Origin: a virus | DNA: 64,000 nt | IMG/VR virus record: IMGVR_UViG_3300009503_000002 | Direction: 5' to 3' (one strand) | Part shown: in pieces, positions 1 to 7,270 of the stretch | Numbering within the stretch: the first letter of the stretch is position 1 | Layout: the number at the start of each line of letters is the position of its first letter | Program-made: the position numbers and the translations under genes | The notes under the pieces: model-generated | Databases searched by the model: none | Told to the model about the DNA's origin: nothing | What the model saw: the letters and a program-made list of their open reading frames with translations, nothing else

Positions 1-2
1 AA

Positions 3-356
3 TTGCAGGAATGGGCGCAGCAACTATCTGTGCTGTGGCAGGGGTTCTCGGATGTCGAGGCGGTCGCATCCAAGACGCCACGAATTGCGCTATCGGATTA
101 TATTCTCCAGATGCGCACGATTAGACGGGAGATAGCGGCTCTCGAAGCCGAAGCGCCAGAGTGCGCGCTGGAGGCTCAAGACGCGCTTGTAGTCGGCGTA
201 GACGCCACAATCGCGGCATATGAGGCGTTCCTGGCCGAGCGTCCAGATGCGGAAGTCCGCGAGCTAACACAGAAGGCGGTGGAGGCGCTGCAAACCGCTA
301 AGACGGAATTGGACAAACTTGTACCGCTTAAGTCCAGCTCAGACCAAGTCTTTTAG
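3..356 (+). CDS. hypothetical protein, 5' end outside window
   Basis: Frame open from the window edge to TAG 354-356. Ala/Glu-rich helical sequence, no motif recognised. Confidence 0.45.
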   Translation: MQEWAQQLSVLWQGFSDVEAVASKTPRIALSDYILQMRTIRREIAALEAEAPECALEAQDALVVGVDATIAAYEAFLAERPDAEVRELTQKAVEALQTAKTELDKLVPLKSSSDQVF

Positions 357-364
357 CACTGAAA

Positions 365-441
365 GGGGGCGGATGGTTCGATGTCCGAGGTAGGGCCGCA
401 GGGCTTTCGGGCACACGCGGGTTCGATTCCCGCCGCCTCCA
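365..441 (+). ncRNA. tRNA-like element resembling an isolated tmRNA tRNA-like domain (acceptor stem plus T-arm, no anticodon arm)
   Basis: GGGGGCG (365-371) pairs with CGCCTCC (434-440) to give a 7-bp acceptor stem with a G3:U70 wobble. GCGGG-TTCGATT-CCCGC (417-433) is a textbook T-arm. A441 is the discriminator and no CCA is encoded. The 45 nt in between do not fold into D and anticodon arms; they form one bulged hairpin, TGTCCGA/TCGG(GC)ACA closed by GGGCC-GCAG-GGCTT. Confidence 0.55.
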
Positions 442-470
442 ACTTTCTAGACCCCCTACACTCTCTTTTC

Positions 471-1385
471 TCATAGGAGCTTCGGCTCATTTGCTTTCCG
501 CCAGACTATTTCCACACGTGGCACTTTGGCCAGCATTCTGCCTGTGCCTTTCAAGTCATTCTTGCGAGTTGGGGCAGCTGCTTTGCAAAATGTCTTGATT
601 TCGCGACGCTCCCAACCTGCTTCTTCCAGAGGCTTGTAGACTGGATGGTCATATCCTGATAGAACAGCTGAGCCCTGAATTTGCAATAGGATTTCCACGA
701 GCTTCTGGTGGTGACCGATATCTGCTTCATGGTGGTACTTATTCGCATCCTTACGAGTTTCTGGAACATAAGGAGGGTCAATGTAAAAGACTGTCTGTGG
801 TGTATCCCAGTACTGAATCACCTCCAGGGCGTCTCTGCATTCAAGGTTCACCCGCGATAAGCGGTCATGCCATCTCCGCAAGAAAGTCTTTCGCGCGCGC
901 CATCTTAACGATGCCTGAGTGCTGGGAACTGTAAGTGCACGACTCCACCTCCCTGGTGCTACCTGATGCAAATCTGCTGAGATAGATTGGTTCGTAACAG
1001 TATAAAACGCCCAGGCTCTTTCGACAGGGTCCGCGCTTTCTAATAGCTCAATAGCCCTTTTGAACTCAGCGCGTGAGTATGGTGTCCAAAAAATTCGATG
1101 GCAAAACTGGTCAAAGGTCTCAGGGTTCTGTAAGACCCGAAAGACGTTTATTACTCGTTCATCCAAGTCATTAAGCACGACTATTGGATAAGTTTCTCGC
1201 AGGTGCCAGAAAATCGATGCTGCCCCACAGTACGGCTCTACATAGATTTTTCCAGGCGGGAGCAGAGGAATAATATGTTGTGCTAGATGGGTCTTTCCGC
1301 CGTAATAGTTGAATGGTTGCATAAACCTTTTGCTCCCTGGGTTATGCTCCAACCACCATTCCAGTTCGCCTGTGATAGTTGACAT
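471..1385 (-). CDS. DNA N6-adenine methyltransferase, D12/Dam class (copy 1)
   Basis: 304 aa. YYGGK near the N-terminus, EPYCGAASIF AdoMet-binding motif, FYIDPPYVPETRK with the DPPY catalytic motif. Confidence 0.85.
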   Translation of the reverse strand: MSTITGELEWWLEHNPGSKRFMQPFNYYGGKTHLAQHIIPLLPPGKIYVEPYCGAASIFWHLRETYPIVVLNDLDERVINVFRVLQNPETFDQFCHRIFWTPYSRAEFKRAIELLESADPVERAWAFYTVTNQSISADLHQVAPGRWSRALTVPSTQASLRWRARKTFLRRWHDRLSRVNLECRDALEVIQYWDTPQTVFYIDPPYVPETRKDANKYHHEADIGHHQKLVEILLQIQGSAVLSGYDHPVYKPLEEAGWERREIKTFCKAAAPTRKNDLKGTGRMLAKVPRVEIVWRKANEPKLL

Positions 1386-1413
1386 ATAAGCTCAACCTAA
1401 CCTATCTGTCCAT

Positions 1414-1442
1414 ATTTTACAACACCTGTAAGCCCTTGTCAA
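1414..1442 (-). promoter_or_regulatory. sigma70-type promoter for the minus-strand methyltransferase
   Basis: Read on the minus strand: TTGACA (1442-1437), 17 nt, TAAAAT (1419-1414), about 30 nt upstream of ATG 1385. Confidence 0.5.
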
Positions 1443-1470
1443 GAGTACTAACTTCTCTCAAAGAAATTGC

Positions 1471-1499
1471 TTGACAAATGGGGAGAGGCGTGATATGAT
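1471..1499 (+). promoter_or_regulatory. sigma70-type promoter, divergent partner of 1414-1442
   Basis: TTGACA (1471-1476), 17 nt, TATGAT (1494-1499), upstream of the gene starting at 1548. Confidence 0.55.
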
Positions 1500-1547
1500 A
1501 TTGCCAAACTCTGATTGAGGTATAGCCCAGAACGGAGGAAGTTAGCT

Positions 1548-1967
1548 ATGGCGGGTGAAGGACAAGGTGCCTTGTCAGGTCAAAAGGACTCGGTTTCAGG
1601 TCATCGACCAGTTATGCCGGGCTGGATAACAGTTAACCAGGCCGCTGCTTTAGTGGGCTATGTGCCAGCTTATATCCGCTTGCTAGCAAAGAAAGGCCGT
1701 ATCCCAGCCTACAAAGTGCAACATGATTGGTTGGTATACCAAGATGCGCTGGTTGCATATAAGGCACGAGTGCATGGTCAAAGTGAACCGAAGCGCTGGG
1801 TTACATTTCGAGTGAGTACTGAGATGTTAAAAGCTTTCAACGCGCTTGCAAAGAGCCTCAATTGTACCCGAAGCGAACTGCTGCGTAAGCTATTAGAAGC
1901 AGCGATTACTGACTCAGAGCTGAAAAGACTTCTTGACAACAGGTTGGGAGCTGAGATTGCACCATAA
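1548..1967 (+). CDS. DNA-binding protein with an excisionase/MerR-like HTH and a C-terminal ribbon-helix-helix (CopG-like) region
   Basis: ATG 1548 follows GGAGGA; the ORF track begins at TTG 1515. VNQAAALVGYVPAYIRLLAKKGRIPAYKV looks like an HTH. RWVTFRVSTEMLKAFNALAKSLNCTRSELLRKLLEAA looks like an RHH. Confidence 0.6.
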   Translation: MAGEGQGALSGQKDSVSGHRPVMPGWITVNQAAALVGYVPAYIRLLAKKGRIPAYKVQHDWLVYQDALVAYKARVHGQSEPKRWVTFRVSTEMLKAFNALAKSLNCTRSELLRKLLEAAITDSELKRLLDNRLGAEIAP

Positions 1968-2002
1968 GGTCAGATATCTATTTTAACTTGCAAAAACGAC
2001 AA

Positions 2003-2899
2003 ATGGCACGCCTACGTTCCCCTATCCACTGGCTAGGTGGCAAGACCCGCCTAGCATCCAAGATAGTAGAAATCATTGATGAGATTCCGCACCGAGTTTA
2101 CTGTGAACCCTTCGGTGGTGGTGCATCCGTCCTCCTCGCGAAGAGGCCTAGCAAGGTCGAGGTTTATAACGACATTGACAGCGGGCTAGTCAACTTTTTC
2201 CGTGTGCTAGCTGACCCAGTGCTTTTTGAGAGGTTCTACGAGCTGGTTTCGACATTCCCGTTCTCGCGTGAGCTGTACTCGGAGTACTTCGAGACATGGG
2301 CGGAACAGGAGGACCCTGCCATAATGGCAGCGCAATGGTTCTACATTGCGAGACAGTCATTTGGTGGAAAACTGAAAAGATATAATTGGGCAGTTTCTGT
2401 TAGAGTGAATCACTCATTACGTAGATGGCGACGGCCAATTGCCCAATTGCCTGAAATCCATCAACGTCTGCTGTCTGTCGCGATTGAACATGTAGACTGG
2501 CGGCATGCAATCGAGCTTTACGATTCAGACGAGACGTTGTTCTATTTAGACCCTCCCTATCTGCCTGAGACGAGGAAAGAAGGTCTCGGCGCTTCGTATG
2601 CTCATGAACTATCACGTGAAGACCATGAAGAACTACTGCAAATCCTGGCTTACAAGATTAAGGGCTCGTTTGCAATTAGTGGTTATGAGAATGAACTATA
2701 CGATAGTATTCTGCTTCCCATCGGTTGTAAGAAGTACAAATGGGAAATCACCTGTGATTTTACACCTCGAACTAGAAGCATGGGCACACGAGGCAGGAAG
2801 ATAGGGCAAATGCAAGAGCATAGACGCGCCGAATGTCTCTGGGTTCTTGGACGAGGAACTGGGCAGTTGAAGTTACCACTGGAGACAGTAGAGAGATGA
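2003..2899 (+). CDS. DNA N6-adenine methyltransferase, D12/Dam class (copy 2)
   Basis: WLGGK, EPFGGGASV and FYLDPPYLPETRK motifs; clearly paralogous to 471-1385. Start uncertain: ATG 2003 or TTG 1988, with no strong SD. Confidence 0.85.
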   Translation: MARLRSPIHWLGGKTRLASKIVEIIDEIPHRVYCEPFGGGASVLLAKRPSKVEVYNDIDSGLVNFFRVLADPVLFERFYELVSTFPFSRELYSEYFETWAEQEDPAIMAAQWFYIARQSFGGKLKRYNWAVSVRVNHSLRRWRRPIAQLPEIHQRLLSVAIEHVDWRHAIELYDSDETLFYLDPPYLPETRKEGLGASYAHELSREDHEELLQILAYKIKGSFAISGYENELYDSILLPIGCKKYKWEITCDFTPRTRSMGTRGRKIGQMQEHRRAECLWVLGRGTGQLKLPLETVER

Positions 2900-3504
2900 C
2901 TGGAGAAACCGAAGTAACCGTGGGAAGTCTGCTTAAGCTAGTTCAGGCTCTCACTGCCTGCTTCACGCTCAAGCAAGCGAAGCTAAATGAGATGGATAGA
3001 GCGACAGCATTCTATCTGCTTTTCCGTTTGATATTTGGTATGCAAGCTAAGATGGGCCAGGTTGAGGAGCTTACGAGGAGTTTGAGTATTCAACTGAGTG
3101 AGTTGCTAAACGGCTTAGTAGATTGCAGGGGTGGCATAGTTCATATCCTAACCTTTGACAGGCGACCTGCTGAAGCTTACAAGAAGCTGATAGAACAGGC
3201 GAAGGCTAATGGCTTAGGAAGCCTTGCGCAGGTTGACCAAGTGCACCTTGTCCTTTATCTATGGCGGAAGAAAGAGATACCGATTCTCGCAAACCTGCTG
3301 GCCCGAAGTGGCTTCCTGGATGAAGAACACCCGTTCTGGTGGCTAATGCAAGCATTCCTGGAAGTTGAGAGGATTTGCTCAGGCGCTAATCTGCTAGCAA
3401 CCGAACCAACCGCACTTGCTCAGTTCATCGCAAATAGGCGTGGTCTAGCGAAGGAGGCAAATAGGACAAACACCACGGGCTATGTCCAGGAGAAACTTAT
3501 TTGA
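2896..3504 (+). CDS. hypothetical protein
   Basis: ATG 2896 overlaps the methyltransferase stop (ATGA). About 200 aa, helical, no motif recognised. Confidence 0.55.
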   Translation: MTGETEVTVGSLLKLVQALTACFTLKQAKLNEMDRATAFYLLFRLIFGMQAKMGQVEELTRSLSIQLSELLNGLVDCRGGIVHILTFDRRPAEAYKKLIEQAKANGLGSLAQVDQVHLVLYLWRKKEIPILANLLARSGFLDEEHPFWWLMQAFLEVERICSGANLLATEPTALAQFIANRRGLAKEANRTNTTGYVQEKLI

Positions 3505-3523
3505 CTAGCTAGCGGGTTGAAGA

Positions 3524-3733
3524 ATGGATGAGACGTATTGGTTGTTCATTAAGCCACTCGATGATGTTTTGCCTGAACGGCTTATCAACCTCCGAGCGGT
3601 CAAATGCGTTACAATCACACCAGACGCAATCGTGATAGATGAGATTAGCCTACCTCTCAATCGGATAAAAATCGAGCTGCTTGAGGAGAGAGTTGTACCG
3701 GAAGTCCTTGCGAGGATACCAAACTCACAATGA
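3524..3733 (+). CDS. hypothetical small protein
   Basis: 69-aa ORF whose stop overlaps the next start (ATGA at 3730). Weak RBS. Confidence 0.4.
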   Translation: MDETYWLFIKPLDDVLPERLINLRAVKCVTITPDAIVIDEISLPLNRIKIELLEERVVPEVLARIPNSQ

Positions 3734-4299
3734 CAACCTTTCTTGTGTTTATCTGTATTGGGCTGGTCATTGCAGTTTCTATACTGGCAAGCAAACTTTC
3801 CGCCTTGAAGCGAGAGCTTTCCCTCTTCCAGCAAGCCGCTGAAGCGAAAGCAGAACAGCGCAGCCTGGAGCTCCTTGCGCAGTGGAAAGAGAGAGAACTT
3901 CAGGCCGTCCGTCAGGAGGCCAGCCTTCTCGCAACCTCCCGCGCTAAACAACTCGCCCAGGAATGGGTCTCCCGTATGGAACAACGGACCCGCCAAGATG
4001 CCATCAAACGCTCAGCCCACGTCGTCATGGGCAAAGTCACCGAACACCTCATGCCATTCCTCCCTGAGTTCCCCTATAACCCTAAAGACGCCCGCTTCCT
4101 CGGCAGCCCCGTCGACCTCATCGTCTTCAACGGCCTCTCCGACGGAAACCTCCAAGAAGTCATCTTCATCGAAGTCAAAACCGGAAACTCCGAACTCTCC
4201 ACCCGCGAACGACAACTCCGTAACATCATCCAACTCCGTAAGGTCAAATGGGCCGAAATCAGACGGAGTCCACCTGAGCCACCACACATAACTGAATAA
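3730..4299 (+). CDS. membrane-anchored endonuclease related to archaeal Holliday-junction resolvase (restriction-endonuclease fold)
   Basis: N-terminal TM helix (FLVFICIGLVIAVSILA), a coiled-coil, then GSPVDLIVFNG...VIFIEVKTG, which matches the D...E-x-K core of the Hjc-related secreted-endonuclease family. Confidence 0.65.
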   Translation: MTTFLVFICIGLVIAVSILASKLSALKRELSLFQQAAEAKAEQRSLELLAQWKERELQAVRQEASLLATSRAKQLAQEWVSRMEQRTRQDAIKRSAHVVMGKVTEHLMPFLPEFPYNPKDARFLGSPVDLIVFNGLSDGNLQEVIFIEVKTGNSELSTRERQLRNIIQLRKVKWAEIRRSPPEPPHITE

Positions 4300-4476
4300 G
4301 AGCCCGTACCCCTATCTAGCTCTAAACTACCCCGCCTGGTTTGCCCTGAACTGGTCTAGTGGCTGAGTGTTGAAATTGGGGTGTAGATAGGGTTGGGAGT
4401 TTCCCTATTACTGATTTTTTCTCCTTTCCGAAACTTTTCTCTTTTTTTAGTCAAAGGCTACACGAAAGCGCTGATA

Positions 4477-4536
4477 GCCGAACCGAGTGCCGAACCGAGT
4501 ACCGAACCGATAGCCGAACCGAGTGCCGAAAGCCGA
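4477..4536. repeat. 12-bp tandem repeat (GCCGAACCGAGT), about 4.5 copies
   Basis: Copies are GCCGAACCGAGT, GCCGAACCGAGT, ACCGAACCGATA, GCCGAACCGAGT and a partial GCCGAAAGCCGA, read directly. Confidence 0.9.
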
Positions 4537-4845
4537 TGTTGGCATGTGCGCGTGTGTGTGATTTTCGATGTTGGAGCGCATGTGCGCGTGCGTGTATGGC
4601 AAGTGTGCGCTGAGCGATTGGTGTGTGTTGTGTACTGATTGTGAGTGTGCGTGTTCGAGTGGCGAGTGCGTGTGCGTGGCGTATGCGCTGATTGCAGGTG
4701 TGCGTTCGCGTGGTGTGCGTGCTGACTTGTTGGTGTGTGTACGCGTGACGGTTTTTGTGAATTGGAGAGCGTGTGTGCGCGTGCGTGCGTGCGTGAGTAC
4801 CGATTGCCGATGTTGGTGTGCGTTTGGTGGTTTTACTACTGGTAG
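4537..4845 (+). repeat. GT-rich, strand-asymmetric low-complexity block with alternating purine-pyrimidine runs and internal sub-repeats
   Basis: The top strand is almost only G and T with some C, as GTGTGCGCGTGCGTG-type runs. Recurring units are CGATGTTGG...CATGTGCGCGTG (three times) and CTGATTG...GTGTGCG (about four times). There is no RBS, and the ORFs here translate to Cys/Val repeats. Confidence 0.8.
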
Positions 4846-4909
4846 GTGCTAGCGTGGTAGGTGTATAAAAATTGATACGTGATGTGACAAATTTGGTACG
4901 CTCTACCTA

Positions 4910-4938
4910 TTGACAAACTTGGAAAACTGTAGTAAAAC
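4910..4938 (+). promoter_or_regulatory. possible promoter (weak -10)
   Basis: TTGACA (4910-4915), 17 nt, TAAAAC (4933-4938), upstream of ATG 4967. Confidence 0.3.
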
Positions 4939-4966
4939 GTTGGTAAAACTTAGGGAGGAACGTGAG

Positions 4967-5323
4967 ATGGCTAAAAGAACTATCACGCTAAGAGGCATAC
5001 CATTCACACGCAAGGTTGGATGGAGAGGCGACGAAGTGCATGTCAAACCAACGAGTCCCACAGAGGGCGTCATCAGTTGGTCAAACTGCAAGAAGATGCC
5101 AGCAGGAACAAAGGTAAAACTCCCAGGATGGTATGAGATATATGATGAATATATATGGGACGAGCCGATTATCTTCAAGACGCAGGAAGTAACCGTCCGC
5201 GAGTTATTCTACCAGTTTCTGTTGTTGGAGTGGGACATTGCTGAGACACCTGTAAATCGTTTTGGGCAGACATTAGTGCCTCCAAAGGCTTTGAAGAGAC
5301 TTGAGGAGTTTGAGGAAGACTAA
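4967..5323 (+). CDS. small protein, member A of a four-gene paralog family (GTxVxLPxW motif)
   Basis: ATG 4967 follows GGGAGGA. Contains PAGTKVKLPGW, and its C-terminus resembles member C. Confidence 0.65.
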   Translation: MAKRTITLRGIPFTRKVGWRGDEVHVKPTSPTEGVISWSNCKKMPAGTKVKLPGWYEIYDEYIWDEPIIFKTQEVTVRELFYQFLLLEWDIAETPVNRFGQTLVPPKALKRLEEFEED

Positions 5324-5330
5324 AAGTGTT

Positions 5331-5381
5331 GCGCCAAAGCCGGTACTGGCTGTGTACCGGCGCGGCGCTTTTTCGTTTTTT
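5331..5381 (+). terminator. rho-independent terminator
   Basis: Hairpin GCGCC..GCCGGTAC-TGGCTGT-GTACCGGC..GGCGC followed by TTTTTCGTTTTTT. Confidence 0.6.
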
Positions 5382-5470
5382 CAATGCCCGTAAGGGCATT
5401 ACCGGTACGGCCAGAGCGCGGTAGCCGCGCCGGTAAAGATAGTAAAGGCCGCGCGAAAAGGAGGTTTGTG

Positions 5471-5998
5471 ATGCAAAGCATGGTGTTTTTGCGGGAGACC
5501 CCGTACAACCGTCATGGTTGCACGGGGAGAACAGTGGCAGTTAGGCCACTCACTGCCACTGTCGGAGTCGTAGTATGGGTGGGAGTGCCCTGCTACATCT
5601 GTGAAGAAAAGCAGGACGCACCCCCGATTCCACCAATCGGGACAATCGTAGAACTACCCGATTGGGGGGTAGTCAAGAGGTGCTGGGAGGGCGAGATAGA
5701 GGGAGAGGATGTTTTATGCTCACTAAATGGAGAGCAAGTACCCCTCTCCTCCATACTCACGAAGGAGCCCCTAACCTGGGCGACTGCCGCGCTAATGTGC
5801 GGCAAGTCGCACAACATGAGTCTCATCCGGAATGTGTTCCTTCCGGATGGAATCGAAGCCGGGCCGGACTGCACACTGGTCTGGCCTAGCAAATTGGTGG
5901 TAATCTACCGGGACCCACTGCGGGACCTGGTAGAAGATTTTATCTCACACAGAGTTGGGTTCGCCGCCCTGCGGCGAGCGTTGGAGGGGGTGTATTAG
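5471..5998 (+). CDS. small protein, member B of the GTxVxLPxW paralog family
   Basis: ATG 5471 follows AAAGGAGG. The ORF-track start at 5384 runs through a hairpin and was rejected. Contains PIGTIVELPDW, and its C-terminal IYRDPLRDLVEDFISH matches member D. Confidence 0.65.
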   Translation: MQSMVFLRETPYNRHGCTGRTVAVRPLTATVGVVVWVGVPCYICEEKQDAPPIPPIGTIVELPDWGVVKRCWEGEIEGEDVLCSLNGEQVPLSSILTKEPLTWATAALMCGKSHNMSLIRNVFLPDGIEAGPDCTLVWPSKLVVIYRDPLRDLVEDFISHRVGFAALRRALEGVY

Positions 5999-6067
5999 CC
6001 TTCATTTTTTCGCCCTAGCCGTTTGCCGGTGGGCGGCTAGGCATGATAGATAACACCGGTTGCTACC

Positions 6068-6104
6068 AGCGCGCTGGCCTAAACCAGCGCGCTTTTTATT
6101 TTGG
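6068..6104 (+). terminator. rho-independent terminator
   Basis: 10-bp stem AGCGCGCTGG/CCAGCGCGCT with loop CCTAAA, followed by TTTTTATTTT. Confidence 0.65.
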
Positions 6105-6157
6105 TAATGCCCGTTAGGGCACTAAAAAACAAACATATAAAAAGGAGGTATACGAAA

Positions 6158-6532
6158 ATGGCCATTATAACTCTCAAGTCTGGGCAGTGGCGTTATCACA
6201 GCACTGTGGTAATCATCGAGACCACGAGTGCTACAGAGGGGACTATGATAGGGGGCGCGACATGTTCGGGCGGCCTTGTTTGCACTGAAAAAAGTCCCAT
6301 TCCAGTTGGGACGCGCGTCCGCTTGCCAAATTGGGACAGCGTGTATGTCCCTGGCAAGCGAGGGTGGATGGAAAGCACAAAGGTCAGGTATAATGGTGGG
6401 CGAAAAATAACACTAAAAACGCTTCGCAAGTTGTCGCCGGTGTTAGACTGGTGGGTTGCCAGCGCCACTGTTGACCTGGCCGGCAACACATTGATTCAAG
6501 TAAATAGTTTGGAGCGCCTTGCCGGTGCGTAA
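6158..6532 (+). CDS. small protein, member C of the GTxVxLPxW paralog family
   Basis: ATG 6158 follows AAAAGGAGG. Contains PVGTRVRLPNW. Confidence 0.65.
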   Translation: MAIITLKSGQWRYHSTVVIIETTSATEGTMIGGATCSGGLVCTEKSPIPVGTRVRLPNWDSVYVPGKRGWMESTKVRYNGGRKITLKTLRKLSPVLDWWVASATVDLAGNTLIQVNSLERLAGA

Positions 6533-6579
6533 GTGCCGGCAAGAGACGCCCTTTTATTTTCTGAAAGGAGGTTACTGCG

Positions 6580-6648
6580 ATGGGTGAGGGAAAAAAAGTG
6601 TATATTGTCTATACGAGTCCTGTCCGCATGACGGTTACGGCTTGGTGA
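6580..6648 (+). CDS. possible 22-codon leader ORF coupled to member D
   Basis: ATG 6580 has a strong RBS (GAAAGGAGG). It contains an A7 run, and its TGA (6646-6648) overlaps GTG 6645 of the next ORF. Confidence 0.3.
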   Translation: MGEGKKVYIVYTSPVRMTVTAW

Positions 6649-7016
6649 TTTATATTGACGCACTAAGCCGTGATGTCGGTTACGTGATGGGAGGCGGCAG
6701 TTGCAGAGTTTGTTCAGATGGCCGCGCGCCGGTTTTGAATGGAACGATTGTGCAACTGCCGGACTGGGCAGATGTTTTGCGGGGGGAGTTTTGTCAGGAC
6801 CCGCGGACTGGGCGGGTGGTGCGGGTAACTGACCTTTCTGCAAAGGTGCGTCTGACCTGGGAGGTGGCGGTATACCGGTGTGGTGGAGGCACATTAGTAC
6901 GGCCACGTGATTTGCGGGTATTGTACCGTGATGCGTGGCGTGATTTTATAGACGATTACTTTGAGCATTGGGGTAGCAAACCGTGTCAAAGCGGTGGTAG
7001 GCGCAGGAAAAAGTGA
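6642..7016 (+). CDS. small protein, member D of the GTxVxLPxW paralog family
   Basis: Contains LNGTIVQLPDW and VLYRDAWRDFIDDYFEH. It has no SD of its own; the start (TTG 6642 or GTG 6645) is probably reached by coupling to the leader ORF. Confidence 0.55.
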   Translation: MVIYIDALSRDVGYVMGGGSCRVCSDGRAPVLNGTIVQLPDWADVLRGEFCQDPRTGRVVRVTDLSAKVRLTWEVAVYRCGGGTLVRPRDLRVLYRDAWRDFIDDYFEHWGSKPCQSGGRRRKK

Positions 7017-7048
7017 AAGATTTGGTGTATATAAAGGAGGATGTTGCG

Positions 7049-7270
7049 ATGCGCAAGCGGGAAGTTTGTAAAAAAGTGCGGGAATTGGATAGGGCGGGGG
7101 CAAGTGCTTTGGTGATATACCGGTGCTTGTTTCCGCGGGACAGTGTACCGGATTACCAACATATTTTGAAAGCCGGTACGCTGTATTATCAGTATGGTGG
7201 CGCTGACAGAGAGTTATGGCAAGATTTTGTTAGGCTTGCCGTGGAAGCGGGTTGGAAAGGAGGCCAGTGA
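7049..7270 (+). CDS. hypothetical small protein
   Basis: ATG 7049 lies 8 nt after AAAGGAGG. 73 aa. Confidence 0.5.
   Translation: MRKREVCKKVRELDRAGASALVIYRCLFPRDSVPDYQHILKAGTLYYQYGGADRELWQDFVRLAVEAGWKGGQ

Noticed and set aside
365-441. Canonical tRNA gene (for example tRNA-Ala), or a prophage att site defining an integration border
   Set aside because: No D-arm or anticodon arm can be drawn, so I did not call a tRNA. I saw no integrase, no second copy of the 3' half and no host-type genes on either side, so no border can be claimed.
4393-4852. ORFs 4393-4638 and 4568-4852, giving Cys/Val/Arg-rich peptides
   Set aside because: They are artefacts of translating GTG/TGC/GCG repeats in the GT-rich block. 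They have non-ATG starts and no RBS.
5384-6157. ORF-track starts at 5384 and 6101 for paralogs B and C
   Set aside because: These extensions begin inside the conserved hairpins that follow terminators and have no RBS. Internal ATGs at 5471 and 6158 have strong AAAGGAGG sites.
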